In this document: positions 53,807 to 63,978 of the stretch, piece after piece
How the letters are laid out: every line of letters begins with the position of its first letter
Numbering within the stretch: the first letter of the stretch is position 1
From: an uncultured virus (IMG/VR IMGVR_UViG_3300030329_002238)
Taxonomy: Duplodnaviria > Heunggongvirae > Uroviricota > Caudoviricetes
IMG/VR virus record: IMGVR_UViG_3300030329_002238
Strand: one strand, 5' to 3'
Length of the DNA stretch: 64,000 bases
Translations under genes and position numbers: made by a program
Notes under the pieces: generated by a model
What the model saw: only the letters and a program-made list of their open reading frames with translations
What the model was told of the DNA's origin: nothing
Databases searched by the model: none

Positions 53807-54955
53807 TTATGCGTAAGCAACATCAAGTCTAATTACACCAAAGTCCTCAACTGCGCTGTTGTGGTCGCTTTGGAATTTTGGCTTTCTAAGACCGAAGATC
53901 TTACCAATAGAGATACCATTTTGGTTACCGTAGTCAAAGTTATCTTCAACCATTTCCGGTAGACCGATATCAGCCATAGCAAGAGCTTGAGCTCCACAGA
54001 ATAAGCAAGCAGCGCCATTGACGTCAGCGTCAGCGCCCCACTTGTATCCAGCAGATCCAGCGTTACTTGATGTTCCAGAAGTAGCTCCTGAAGTATCAAA
54101 CACGTGCCTGAACTCATGTACCATTATTCCATCAACCATTAAGCTAGAAGATCCAGCAAACAAAGTGTTGCTAGGTCCTCTTACTCCAGCATTCCTAACG
54201 TTAGCTAAGAAATCAGAGTCTAGTTTAAGGTCAGCCATTACTTGTGGAGTTACGAAAAGGTGGAATACCTCATCGTTACCTGCGCCTCTGATACCACGGA
54301 TGTAGTTATCTTTAGCATAAGCTTTTAAGTCCACAATTGCGTTATAAGACAGTTTATCAGCAGCTACAGTAGCTGTGACATCACCAGCAACCAAACCACT
54401 AGTTGCATCCCATCTTCTATGTCTATTAGAAGTTGGAGATGAGACATCGCTACCAAAAGCGAGGTCACCTAGGTTTTGGCCAGTAGTGTAAACTGGTCTT
54501 AGAGCACCGTTGTTTTTCTGCGTGTACGCGATACCAGAAAGCGTTAAAAACGCTAATTGGTCTATTCTGTCAGCAATTGCATAAGCAAGAGCGTCTCTAG
54601 AATGTTCACGGAAATTAACAACTGATTTTTGATCCGCTAATCTACCAGCAAGTCTATTAGCAAATCTTAGTTGATCTAATTGAACAACTATGTCGTATGC
54701 TCTTAACGATTCTTCATTACCTTCTAGAGTGTTATCTCCAGTGATACCATCGCCTGTCATGTCTGCTAAAAGTGTTAATACAGCTCTAGCTCCTTTTTCA
54801 GACTTAGTAAGTTCACTTATTCTTTGGACCATTGCATTGGACCCAGAACCAGCAAACTGGTTAATGAACGACATGTTACGAGCAACGCGCCAAAAGTCAC
54901 GTGACCAAGCCGTTAATTGTTCGGAGGTCAGTGACGCGAAATTAGTATTAGCCAT
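53807..54955 (-). CDS. Major capsid protein (N4-gp56/DUF4043-like)
   Basis: LEGNEE.L, FLANVRNAGVRG.SNTLFAG, LFCGAQAL, FDYGN...GLRK.KF...DFGVI; synteny after scaffold. Confidence 0.9.
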   Translation of the reverse strand: MANTNFASLTSEQLTAWSRDFWRVARNMSFINQFAGSGSNAMVQRISELTKSEKGARAVLTLLADMTGDGITGDNTLEGNEESLRAYDIVVQLDQLRFANRLAGRLADQKSVVNFREHSRDALAYAIADRIDQLAFLTLSGIAYTQKNNGALRPVYTTGQNLGDLAFGSDVSSPTSNRHRRWDATSGLVAGDVTATVAADKLSYNAIVDLKAYAKDNYIRGIRGAGNDEVFHLFVTPQVMADLKLDSDFLANVRNAGVRGPSNTLFAGSSSLMVDGIMVHEFRHVFDTSGATSGTSSNAGSAGYKWGADADVNGAACLFCGAQALAMADIGLPEMVEDNFDYGNQNGISIGKIFGLRKPKFQSDHNSAVEDFGVIRLDVAYA

Positions 54956-55020
54956 TGGGCTTCTCCTATATTTATTACGTTACTATTACCTGCCAACTTA
55001 TTGGGGTGACAAAATTAACC

Positions 55021-55155
55021 CGTATACCTCGTATCGTGAGGGAACGACTTCGCGACTTTAACGAATGCGACCTCGACCAGATTAACGTCATGATAGACGA
55101 ACAACGTTTTTTTACCTTAACGACTAGGGCTAGATATCGTTCTAGCTAACGAATT
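55021..55155 (-). promoter_or_regulatory. CG-dense repetitive leader upstream of major capsid gene
   Basis: 15 CG dinucleotides in about 130 nt; TAACG four times on the + strand; short hairpins. Confidence 0.55.
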
Positions 55156-55176
55156 CTTTATATAATATACAACTAT

Positions 55177-56247
55177 TTACCCAAAGTCACCACGTAATCT
55201 ACGTAAAGTTTCTTCTGGTAATGCATTAAATTCATCTTCAGATAAAGCATTAACATCAAGCGTAGCTTCCCCTCTTTCAGCGTTGCCTTGTCCCTGTAAA
55301 TCAGGTGGTTGAGATTGAGAAGCTGCTATCTTCTTTTTAACTGCTGCTTTCTTTTTCTTTTGTGCAACAGCTGCATCTTGTTGGGCAACTGGTTCTTGAG
55401 CTGGTTCAGGAGTGTTAGCTCCCATAACATATCTTGTAGCTTTAGTTAAAGCATCTGCTGCTTGATACCCTTGAACAATAAAAGCATCACGAAGATCAAT
55501 TACTTCGCTCGCAGTGCTTTCATTATATTCCTGACTATTTTCGTCAAGAATTGGGTACTGCTGTTCTATAGCTTTAGCTACTGATTGAAGTTCTACAGCT
55601 TCTTGGCTCTGTTGAACTGTTTGCCCCATTTTTTGTTGTACCTCAAATAACATCTGCTCTTTTTCAGCATTTCTAATTTCGGTTCGTAACAATGTTGCTT
55701 TCTCAGTTTCTCCTTCAAGGACTAACTCCTGGTACTCAACTTCTTTAGCTTCAAAATCATACTGTGGTGCTTCAGCTTGTAGTTGAGCTTGCTGTGCAGC
55801 TTGCTCGTCTAGCTGTTTTTGTAAAGCTTTCTGTTTTGCCAGCACTTCATCTAATCTCGATTTAGGAACCATAGGAGACTTCTTTTTATCTTCTACTGCT
55901 TCAAGCTGTTCTGGAACTGCTCCATCATCCTCTGCATCAGCTGCTTCTGGGTCTTCCTCTCCCGCTTCCTCTCCGTCAGTCTCTCCTTCCTCAGTTGTAA
56001 CAACTTCCTCTTCCGTCTCTGGATCCTCTTCTGTTGTTTCTTCAACTGCATCAGTCTCTTCTGAGTCTTCATTTACTTCCTCTTCTATTGGGTTGCCATC
56101 TCCATCTAAGCCAAAACTTAGATCCTCTGAAAAAGGTGACGCTTCTTCATCACTTACTTTATCTGCACCGGGCATTCCATCATAAGTAACATCGAATTGT
56201 CGTTCAGCCTCTTGTGAGGCCTCTACTTGTGGTTTTGCTTCTGCCAT
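55177..56247 (-). CDS. Capsid scaffolding protein
   Basis: Highly acidic, coiled coil, MVPKSRLDEV; between portal and capsid. Confidence 0.8.
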   Translation of the reverse strand: MAEAKPQVEASQEAERQFDVTYDGMPGADKVSDEEASPFSEDLSFGLDGDGNPIEEEVNEDSEETDAVEETTEEDPETEEEVVTTEEGETDGEEAGEEDPEAADAEDDGAVPEQLEAVEDKKKSPMVPKSRLDEVLAKQKALQKQLDEQAAQQAQLQAEAPQYDFEAKEVEYQELVLEGETEKATLLRTEIRNAEKEQMLFEVQQKMGQTVQQSQEAVELQSVAKAIEQQYPILDENSQEYNESTASEVIDLRDAFIVQGYQAADALTKATRYVMGANTPEPAQEPVAQQDAAVAQKKKKAAVKKKIAASQSQPPDLQGQGNAERGEATLDVNALSEDEFNALPEETLRRLRGDFG

Positions 56248-56261
56248 AATTTACTCCTATA

Positions 56262-58364
56262 TTATTGCTTCATTGCTTCAGTCGCCATTTTAACGGCTGC
56301 TTGGGTTTCCGCCTGAGTTCTACGTACATCATTTGTGTCCGCAGATAAGTTCTGACGTACCGCCAATTCTTCTCTCTTCATTTGTAGCTCAGATTGTAAC
56401 TTAGCTATCTGTAATTGTGGATCTATTTCGGCTATATCCTGAGCTTTAGCTGAATTAAGTTGAGCTTCAGATTGTGTTCTCATTATCTCTGCTTCTAATT
56501 TAGCTATTTCTAATTGTATTTGTTGCATTTGTGCTTCCATTTGGAATTGCATAAGCTGTGCTTCTTCTTCCGTTGGTGGTTCTTGACCAGTTAGTACTCT
56601 AATTCTTCTAGCAAGTTCTCCTTTTCTCTGTAAGTTTGAGTATTCTACAATAACATCATCTGGTATGGGAACACCCATTTGTTTTAATTCAAGTGCTTGT
56701 GCAAATTGTATATCATCAAAATTATCTCTAGCGGGGGCAGTTCCGACAATTACATCATACTCACCAAGCGTTAAGTTATTAATCACTATACCTTCAGGAG
56801 TCATTTGATTAACAACCATAGGTTCACGAGGTTTCATTGGATCTTCTTCATTTGTAACTTGTATAACTCTTTCTTCAGTGTAGAAATTTTGTATAAGACC
56901 TAAAACATTTTCAGCTAAATACTGTCTAGTCTTAGTTAAGTTGTCTAATGGCACTTGTATCATTAAAGCACCACGTTCTTGTTTAGCTCTGATAGCAACT
57001 CCAGACACTTCTGGTTTATCAGTACCTAACATAGAATCACTAACACCACTTATTTCTTTTATATTAAAGGCGGCTTTTTTAGCTATATTATCTATTCCAG
57101 TAGGTATAGTATTAGAAGGGATTTTTGCCGGGGGTTCTGACCCACGGTTATATTCTAATACTAACCCCGTCTCTGCTCCATGCTCTTCTAAATCATCAGC
57201 AGTCATTCCTACTAATGATCCAGACTCTACCATCCAACCACTATTAGCAGTGGTGTTTACTATATGTAGTTCTTGAGAAGATATTTTGTTTAATTGTTCT
57301 TGGGGAGAAAGTAAATTTCTTACCATCCCAAATGGTTTACCTCTTCTCCAATATGGGAAATAAGGAACAACTGTAAAATCAGAATATGGAGACCAATCAT
57401 CGTGTAGTACTACTTTATCTGCTGTAACTGTCCATCTGACTTTTTTATGTAATTTTTCAATTACATCTAAATTAAAATCTCTAGCAAACTTATTGCGTTT
57501 TGTTTTTGACCACCCCGCTGGAACTTCTCTCATATCTCCAGTTTCTGGGTCAACATAAAACTCACATAACATAAGTTTACGATGTTGTCTTTCTATAACT
57601 CTTATAGCTCTAACTGCTCCAACTTCTTCTGGGTCAGCTATAGGGTCTTCTCTATATTCAAGTCCTGTATTAACAGTGCCATATCTTTGTTCTTCATATT
57701 CAACAGAATCTATCCCAAAGCTTGAACCATTTTCGGCAATCACTCTTAACTTATCTGCTTTAGGTTGACCATATAATTCTTCAATCTCGTCTGTAGTCAT
57801 CCACCGAGTTTTAAATACTTCATTCCAAGATTTCGGGTCCCACTCTTTTGCATCTGGGTCTATTAATATATCTAATGGGTCTTCCGCTTTTATTCTTATC
57901 TCACCTTCTACATGATCACTAAAATCCATTCTTACATCAAAATACCCACGGTCTTGTATAAGCCCGTCTGTAAATATCTGACTCTCTACCCAGTCTAATT
58001 TATTATTATCCCCAATCTGTTTAAATAGTTTATTTAAAACAACCGCTGTTTCTTCATCAGCATTTCTTCTTGGTTTAAAGTTAATGTCCATTCTTCTTGT
58101 GGACTGTTCACCTACCACAGTATTTACTGTTGGTAATATTGTGTTGATCGTAAGTGCGGGTCTCCCTTCTTCATCTAGTGCAGCTATATCTGCTTGGTCC
58201 CATTGCTCCCCCCTATAAAAAGCATCACATTTTTTAGCCATATCTACATATTCTAGATGGCCATTATCTCTTGCCCTTTTATATCGGTCCCATTGGTTTT
58301 TACATATGCGGTGCTCTTCTTCACCTGTGAGTTTCTTTTGTTTTTTGTATCTAGGATCTGGCAT
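56262..58364 (-). CDS. Portal protein (P22-like)
   Basis: FYRGEQW...GRPALTIN, GMVRNL..PQ..LNK..S, EVSGVAI; Gln-rich barrel C-terminus. Confidence 0.9.
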   Translation of the reverse strand: MPDPRYKKQKKLTGEEEHRICKNQWDRYKRARDNGHLEYVDMAKKCDAFYRGEQWDQADIAALDEEGRPALTINTILPTVNTVVGEQSTRRMDINFKPRRNADEETAVVLNKLFKQIGDNNKLDWVESQIFTDGLIQDRGYFDVRMDFSDHVEGEIRIKAEDPLDILIDPDAKEWDPKSWNEVFKTRWMTTDEIEELYGQPKADKLRVIAENGSSFGIDSVEYEEQRYGTVNTGLEYREDPIADPEEVGAVRAIRVIERQHRKLMLCEFYVDPETGDMREVPAGWSKTKRNKFARDFNLDVIEKLHKKVRWTVTADKVVLHDDWSPYSDFTVVPYFPYWRRGKPFGMVRNLLSPQEQLNKISSQELHIVNTTANSGWMVESGSLVGMTADDLEEHGAETGLVLEYNRGSEPPAKIPSNTIPTGIDNIAKKAAFNIKEISGVSDSMLGTDKPEVSGVAIRAKQERGALMIQVPLDNLTKTRQYLAENVLGLIQNFYTEERVIQVTNEEDPMKPREPMVVNQMTPEGIVINNLTLGEYDVIVGTAPARDNFDDIQFAQALELKQMGVPIPDDVIVEYSNLQRKGELARRIRVLTGQEPPTEEEAQLMQFQMEAQMQQIQLEIAKLEAEIMRTQSEAQLNSAKAQDIAEIDPQLQIAKLQSELQMKREELAVRQNLSADTNDVRRTQAETQAAVKMATEAMKQ

Positions 58365-60016
58365 TATGCTCTCATTGCTGTTTTAGTTTTAATATCTTTC
58401 GCAAGATGTTTTAATTTATCTCTCCATGATGGGATATGTTCAACTGGTTCAACATAAGTTGCAAACTCAGCCATCATTAATCCAACCCATGCCAAAGCAT
58501 CAACCTGGTCATCATGAACTCCATTTGGGAAACGTAATAATTCTGCAACTAGTGGACCTGTCCATATTTCATCTTTAGGTATTTTAACCATTCCTTGTTG
58601 CATCCTACCTTGTATTGCCCTCGCTCTTGCTTCCTTATCTCGCCTTCCCGGTTTCAAATCTTTAAAATAAGCCTCATATAGTTTACGCTCTCTTACCCTT
58701 TTTTCCAAGAATGGACCAAGGGCCATCTCTATATGACCTTTCTCAATGCCAATTATGGACGGTCTCCACTGTTCATACAAGTCTAAAATGCGTTCAACTA
58801 TCTCAAAACCGTCAAATTTGCCTCGAACTAGATCAATTATATACATATAATCGTATTCATCTACTCCTACAACAATTCCAACTGAATAATCGTTCCTGTC
58901 TCTTTGACCAATGGCCAAGTCCCATGCACAGTAAAATTTCATTCTGCCAAGGTCAATTTCGTCTGGTTCATAATACCTGATCATATCTCTTGTGAAATAA
59001 TCACCTTCATCTGAAACTGGATTTTGCTGATATAGTGCTGACCAATCTCGAGGACCAACAGCTCTTTTTATTTTTTCTAACGAAGGTAAATTGTATCTAT
59101 CTTCATGTAACGCCTCGCCCATCTTTCTGTACTCTTCATCGGCTTCTGCTATTGCTGGATATTTAACCACCTCCCATTCATCACCACCATCAGCTGCGCC
59201 TCTTAGTAAACGTCCAGCTAAATCATCATCATGCCACCTAGTTAAAATTATAAGTATCCCCCCACCTGGAGCGAGACGGGTATACGCAGTGGATGTATAC
59301 CAGTCCCACACTGACTCTCTATTAAAATCTGATTCTGCATCTTCTCTATTTTTTACTGGGTCATCGATTACAAGTACATGAGCACCTTTACCAGTAATAC
59401 CACCTCCAACACCAGCTGCTACATAACCACCACCTTTGGTAGTTAACCATGCTTCAACTGACTGTGAAGTTGGGTCTAATTTTGCGTCTGTGAACACATT
59501 CTTATATAATGGCTCCCGCAGTAAATGACGGACCTTTCTACTGAAAGACATCGCCAACGATCCAGAGTACGAGCAACTTATAAATTCATGTTTTGGATTT
59601 CTGCCTAAGTGCCATGCTGGGTAAGCGATACTAGCTAATGTTGATTTCCCATGTCGTGGTGGCATAAACAACATTAATCTAGGAGATTTCCGATCAACTA
59701 CATCTTGACTAAACTTTTCGAGGCGCTGGCAAATGTCTTTGTGTACCCAACCAGCAGAATAGTCAGGATTAAATCTCTCTACAAAAGGAAGGAGTCTTTT
59801 TCGTGAAAGTATACGTTTGGCTAATTCTTTTTGTGCCTTTAACGATGCGGCTTCTGCCTTTGGATCTTCTTCTTGTGGAGTTGGATCAGGGTTCGGGGCA
59901 ATCCGCTCAGCGTCATCGGCTCGACAATATACACATAGACCATGTTCCTCCGAATACAATGTTTGCGGATGTAATTTCTTACAACGTGGACATTCTACTT
60001 TAGGTATTGTGCTCAT
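58364..60016 (-). CDS. terL: Terminase large subunit
   Basis: MPPRHGKS, ITGKGA..LVIDDP, TRWHDDDL, YQQNP, WDLA, HDDQVDA. Confidence 0.95.
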   Translation of the reverse strand: MSTIPKVECPRCKKLHPQTLYSEEHGLCVYCRADDAERIAPNPDPTPQEEDPKAEAASLKAQKELAKRILSRKRLLPFVERFNPDYSAGWVHKDICQRLEKFSQDVVDRKSPRLMLFMPPRHGKSTLASIAYPAWHLGRNPKHEFISCSYSGSLAMSFSRKVRHLLREPLYKNVFTDAKLDPTSQSVEAWLTTKGGGYVAAGVGGGITGKGAHVLVIDDPVKNREDAESDFNRESVWDWYTSTAYTRLAPGGGILIILTRWHDDDLAGRLLRGAADGGDEWEVVKYPAIAEADEEYRKMGEALHEDRYNLPSLEKIKRAVGPRDWSALYQQNPVSDEGDYFTRDMIRYYEPDEIDLGRMKFYCAWDLAIGQRDRNDYSVGIVVGVDEYDYMYIIDLVRGKFDGFEIVERILDLYEQWRPSIIGIEKGHIEMALGPFLEKRVRERKLYEAYFKDLKPGRRDKEARARAIQGRMQQGMVKIPKDEIWTGPLVAELLRFPNGVHDDQVDALAWVGLMMAEFATYVEPVEHIPSWRDKLKHLAKDIKTKTAMRA

Positions 60017-60744
60017 AACCCCATTGCCTCTTTACCAAACACTTCTATATTTTTACGCCTCATTTCATCAAAATCTTCCCCTTTACCAATCCTTCTCCAT
60101 AATTCTTCTTCTGTTTCTAGATCAGCCCCTAGTAGATCACCGGATGGGGTAATACCAATAGCCTTTAAATACTCCTCTTCTTTTTTAGGGTCACGGAACC
60201 CTTCTTTCCCTTGAACTGTAAATTTACCTAAAGACCTTACTGGATTAGCAAGAGCTTCATTAATAATATTAGTCTCTGTAAGAACATCAGCTATTTTTTT
60301 CCTAATCCATCTTCCATAACCATAATGATCCATTCCTTCGTAATTGGTATCCTCTACAAGCATGTATTCTGGGTAATAAATTGTCCCTCCAGTACCTGCA
60401 TCCATATATTTACGGGCTAACCTCATACTATTAATATAATCTCTAGGTCCTGCATTAGGGTCAAGAGATTTTAAAAAAGTTTCAGCCTCAGGATTATCTT
60501 CCACTTTATTTAAATCAATACCTTGAGGTATAAAAAACACTCCGGTCATAGAGCTTAAACCTGTTTTTTCAGCCCACTTTTCACTTAACTCGGGAGGTAA
60601 TGTTTTTACATTAATGTTCCTCTCTCTTAAATGGTCTATTAAATCCGGAGCATACTCATACTCCTCCCAAGTACTCATTATTGGAGAGTCCTTAATTTTA
60701 GTTTTAAGGTTTAATAAGGATTGATCTACTTTTCCTATGCTCAT
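60013..60744 (-). CDS. Hypothetical protein between terS and terL
   Basis: Translationally coupled long ORF. Confidence 0.7.
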   Translation of the reverse strand: MSIGKVDQSLLNLKTKIKDSPIMSTWEEYEYAPDLIDHLRERNINVKTLPPELSEKWAEKTGLSSMTGVFFIPQGIDLNKVEDNPEAETFLKSLDPNAGPRDYINSMRLARKYMDAGTGGTIYYPEYMLVEDTNYEGMDHYGYGRWIRKKIADVLTETNIINEALANPVRSLGKFTVQGKEGFRDPKKEEEYLKAIGITPSGDLLGADLETEEELWRRIGKGEDFDEMRRKNIEVFGKEAMGL

Positions 60745-61628
60745 TATTTAGGTAGTTCTTTGATTTTATATTTTTCGGGTCTAAGAAGAATAACTGTTCG
60801 TTTCAAATCAGTCTTTGGTCCAGAAGCGTTTAAAGTTCGAATAGCATCATATCCATTCGCTTCTAAAAAATCTCTTTGTGCGGGGGTGACTTTAAGAAGT
60901 GAATTTTTCCCCCTCTTTAACGATTCTAATTCTTTTACTTTCCTAAGGTCTTTTGCTTCTTCTGCTAATTTTATTTCTTCATCCAATTTCTTCCCCATAA
61001 ATTTTGATGGTTTATTAAAGTCATATATTTTTTTAGCCACAGAAGTATCTATTTCATATAAAGCTTTTCTACTAGGAGATGCGTAGTCTTCAGCTACCTT
61101 TTTTTCAGCAGTATAAAGACCTGCTTGAAAAGGAGTGGGCGGAGTTTTAGTTGTTGGGTGCTCAGTTTGGGGAAACCTAGAAGAAAAAGTTGGTCTAAAT
61201 AATGTATCGTCATCTATTTTTTCCCCCTTCATAGCACGGTCGTAAGTTGTTCTTAAAGTACTAATATTTTTTTCACCGCCGTGGTATGTTGTTTTAGGTG
61301 TAATCATTCTAGTAAACCTATCCACAACCTGATCAGAATACATTTTAGTTTTGGCTAGTGTATTGACTGCTGTTTTACCTAACCCCAACCCAAAAAGTTC
61401 TGCAACGGGTAGAACTTGTTTTAGTCCTTGTGGTCCATAATCAGAATCTACAGATTGCCCAGTTTGTGGTTGACTAAGTGCATGCCAGTCCTCGTCTGTC
61501 AGTGCTCGTGGTGGAATGCCTAATCTAGAAGACATTTCTACTTCGCTCTCGGTTATTGGTCCACGGTCGATTTCTTCTTGGAGTTTATCTAGTGCAACTT
61601 CATAATCACTTAATGTGCCTATGCTCAC
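60744..61628 (-). CDS. Putative ADP-ribosyltransferase-fold protein (ART-PolyVal-like)
   Basis: TYHGG...GLYTA....AEDYA...LYEI...LEANGYDAI...VILLRPE. Confidence 0.6.
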   Translation of the reverse strand: MSIGTLSDYEVALDKLQEEIDRGPITESEVEMSSRLGIPPRALTDEDWHALSQPQTGQSVDSDYGPQGLKQVLPVAELFGLGLGKTAVNTLAKTKMYSDQVVDRFTRMITPKTTYHGGEKNISTLRTTYDRAMKGEKIDDDTLFRPTFSSRFPQTEHPTTKTPPTPFQAGLYTAEKKVAEDYASPSRKALYEIDTSVAKKIYDFNKPSKFMGKKLDEEIKLAEEAKDLRKVKELESLKRGKNSLLKVTPAQRDFLEANGYDAIRTLNASGPKTDLKRTVILLRPEKYKIKELPK

Positions 61629-62104
61629 TTTTTAGGCTCCAGATATTTAACATCATCACCTGCTAACTTTAGTAACTCCTCATCAGATAAATTTTCTAGC
61701 CTTTCTACTTGCTCTGCATTAATAATATTTATTTGTGTTGCATTTTCAGGAGCGAAAAGGCCATGTAATTTACATAATGAATCTACAATGTTTTTTTCTT
61801 CGGTAGCATTAGCTGATTTTCTATGAGCTTCGAGATACATACTAGTCGCAGTACCTTTATCAAAGTTATACTCTCGTCTAGATTCTTCACGTAAATAATT
61901 AACCGCTTGTATAATTTTAGGCTTCTTAAAAATATCATAAACAGAGTCCATATCCTGATACCCCGCCGCTCGTCCAGCAGCAGCTTTTGTCATTCCTCTT
62001 AAATAACACAGGATTAACCGTTCTTCTTGTACGCTTAATTCGTTTAAATGTATGCCCATATAAGGGTAGTGGGACTGTAATTCAGCTCTTTCAGAATTTG
62101 CCAT
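61625..62104 (-). CDS. terS: Terminase small subunit
   Basis: HTH-like AAAGRAAGY, LCKLHGLF, LSDEEL; upstream of terL. Confidence 0.75.
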   Translation of the reverse strand: MANSERAELQSHYPYMGIHLNELSVQEERLILCYLRGMTKAAAGRAAGYQDMDSVYDIFKKPKIIQAVNYLREESRREYNFDKGTATSMYLEAHRKSANATEEKNIVDSLCKLHGLFAPENATQINIINAEQVERLENLSDEELLKLAGDDVKYLEPKK

Positions 62105-62116
62105 GTAAATATAGTA

Positions 62117-62593
62117 TCAAATTTCACCTTTGGTCGTCACTATATTCTTTATCCACCAGTAAAACATATCTTCAGTTAAAGTATGTTTCATTGTGTTGAT
62201 TCTATGACATACAAGCTGGATATTTCCTGGTGTGTAATGTAAGTTAGGATTAACTCTATCTATTGATACATTAAAATCGTGTACACCAGTACCGTCTTTA
62301 ATATGTGTCATGTGTACACCGCTGATGGCACATCGTCCTTTTTGTTTATCCCATATCTGTATCAAATATCCAGGGTCGATGGCCCATTCCATTTCTGGGT
62401 TTTTCTTGTTTCTTGAGTATTTCAACTGAGTGCACAAATGAGAAAGGTAAGCTTCTGGAGTTGCACTCCTACTTCTGTTCTGTTCAGCTGTTCTACATTT
62501 TTTGCAAATAGATCTATTCCATTTTCCTTTAAGAACTTCAAATTCTTTTAGGGGTCGATCCTTCTTACAATCAGCACATGTCCTTGTACTCAT
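62117..62593 (-). CDS. Zn-binding HNH-like endonuclease
   Basis: CADC...CKKC; QKGRCAISG; SIDRVNP...YTPGNIQLVC..IN.MK. Confidence 0.75.
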   Translation of the reverse strand: MSTRTCADCKKDRPLKEFEVLKGKWNRSICKKCRTAEQNRSRSATPEAYLSHLCTQLKYSRNKKNPEMEWAIDPGYLIQIWDKQKGRCAISGVHMTHIKDGTGVHDFNVSIDRVNPNLHYTPGNIQLVCHRINTMKHTLTEDMFYWWIKNIVTTKGEI

Positions 62594-62852
62594 CAGGGCA
62601 CTTTAGCATAGAAAATTTTTTATAGAAATTTTTTATAAAAATATATCCCTATATCGCTCGCTCAGGGGAGTCCCAGTGCCTGCCAACCAACCCCCGAACC
62701 CCTTTTTCGTTCTCCTTTCCCTTACATTTGGAAATCGACTTGTGGAACCTTGTTTTGGCTTTTTTTACTTGTACCCTTCGGGCACAAGACTATTGGTGTT
62801 TGTGAGTGGGAGTAATTATTCACTCATTTGTTTAACTAATGGAGATATAACC

Positions 62853-63173
62853 ATGGCTAATGAAGCTAAAATAATATATGACGTGTTCTTTGTCGGTCAC
62901 GCTTACCAAAACGGCAACGGTACTGGTACTAACTGGGTTCAAGCTGGGACTGGCTTCCCAACTGACGATGGTTCAGGTATCAATATCCAATGGGAGACTT
63001 CACTACCTGAAGAAATCAGAGAAGTTGTTGTCAACGCTAATGGTGACACTATACATAGACTGTTACCTGTCAAAGTGTGTGTCAAACAACGTAAACCTAA
63101 ACAAGCAGTTGCCAAAACTTCTAAGAAAGCACCTGCTAAGAAAGCGGAGAGTAGCAATGCCATCCCTTTTTAA
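62853..63173 (+). CDS. Small early protein with SSB-like IPF C-terminus
   Basis: GGAGATATAACC-ATG; W..AGTGF..DG.GINI pattern; ends NAIPF. Confidence 0.7.
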   Translation: MANEAKIIYDVFFVGHAYQNGNGTGTNWVQAGTGFPTDDGSGINIQWETSLPEEIREVVVNANGDTIHRLLPVKVCVKQRKPKQAVAKTSKKAPAKKAESSNAIPF

Positions 63174-63486
63174 GAAAGGTATCGCCCACCTAAAAATGGG
63201 CACTACCGACCTTGTCGGTGGTACATTGGAGTTCGCATCAAAGTTCGCTCATGATGTCGAGCATGAAGTTCAATCAATGAAGGAAGAAAAGCTAAAAGTC
63301 AAGGAAGACACACTTGCTGAGAAAATCTCACTTCTTGAGGATAAAATAGCCCTCTGTAAACACTGCAAGGCTACTGGATATCAACCTGACCGAATTAACT
63401 GGGACGAAGATATCGCATTCCTTGAAATGGAGCTACAGCAACTGAAAAATGAGAGAGAGCCCCAACAAATGGATCTCCCACTCTAG
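63157..63486 (+). CDS. Early protein with coiled coil, CxxC and C-terminal clamp-binding-like motif
   Basis: ATG 63157 after GGAG; CKHC; ends QQMDLPL. Confidence 0.7.
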   Translation: MPSLFKKGIAHLKMGTTDLVGGTLEFASKFAHDVEHEVQSMKEEKLKVKEDTLAEKISLLEDKIALCKHCKATGYQPDRINWDEDIAFLEMELQQLKNEREPQQMDLPL

Positions 63487-63493
63487 CTAGAAG

Positions 63494-63529
63494 AAGCCTC
63501 AATGTCCTTCGGGCATTGGGGCTTTTTTT
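63494..63529 (+). terminator. Rho-independent terminator
   Basis: AAGCCTCAATGTCC-TTCG-GGCATTGGGGCTT followed by a T-run. Confidence 0.9.
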
Positions 63530-63705
63530 ATGCTATTACATTACATCATAAAGGGTTCGGGGGTTGGCTGGGCTGGTCGTGTGCGTGCGTGCATTTACTA
63601 CTATCATAGATGATTTTACTACTATCATCAGCGAGCTGTGTGCGAGTCTGATATTGGTCATGGGACTATTTCCTCTGTGAAATGCCCTGGATCCAAGAGC
63701 CCCCT

Positions 63706-63978
63706 GTGTACCGGTGTGTACCGGCAATCACCACAATAGTGGTACACAGCTAAACCCTTGATTTTAAAGGCTTTTCACGGATGTGTACCACGTGTACCAT
63801 GTGTACCGGCAAATTTCGCTATTTGACCATGGACCATTGTTCATAGATAACTCTTATTTATCATTTAAAATGAAAAACAAGTGGTACACCTGGTACACAT
63901 GGACCATGGACCATAGATAAAGGTAATAGAATCAAGGACTTACGTGTGTACCACCACCTACAAATCGAGGTGGTACAC
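63706..63978. repeat. Iteron-like array, putative replication origin
   Basis: 10 copies of GTGTACC/GGTACAC in both orientations around an AT-rich core. Confidence 0.75.

Noticed and set aside
63536..63727. 63-aa minus-strand ORF near the origin
   Set aside because: It lies in a repeat-rich non-coding region with no clear RBS or protein-like features.
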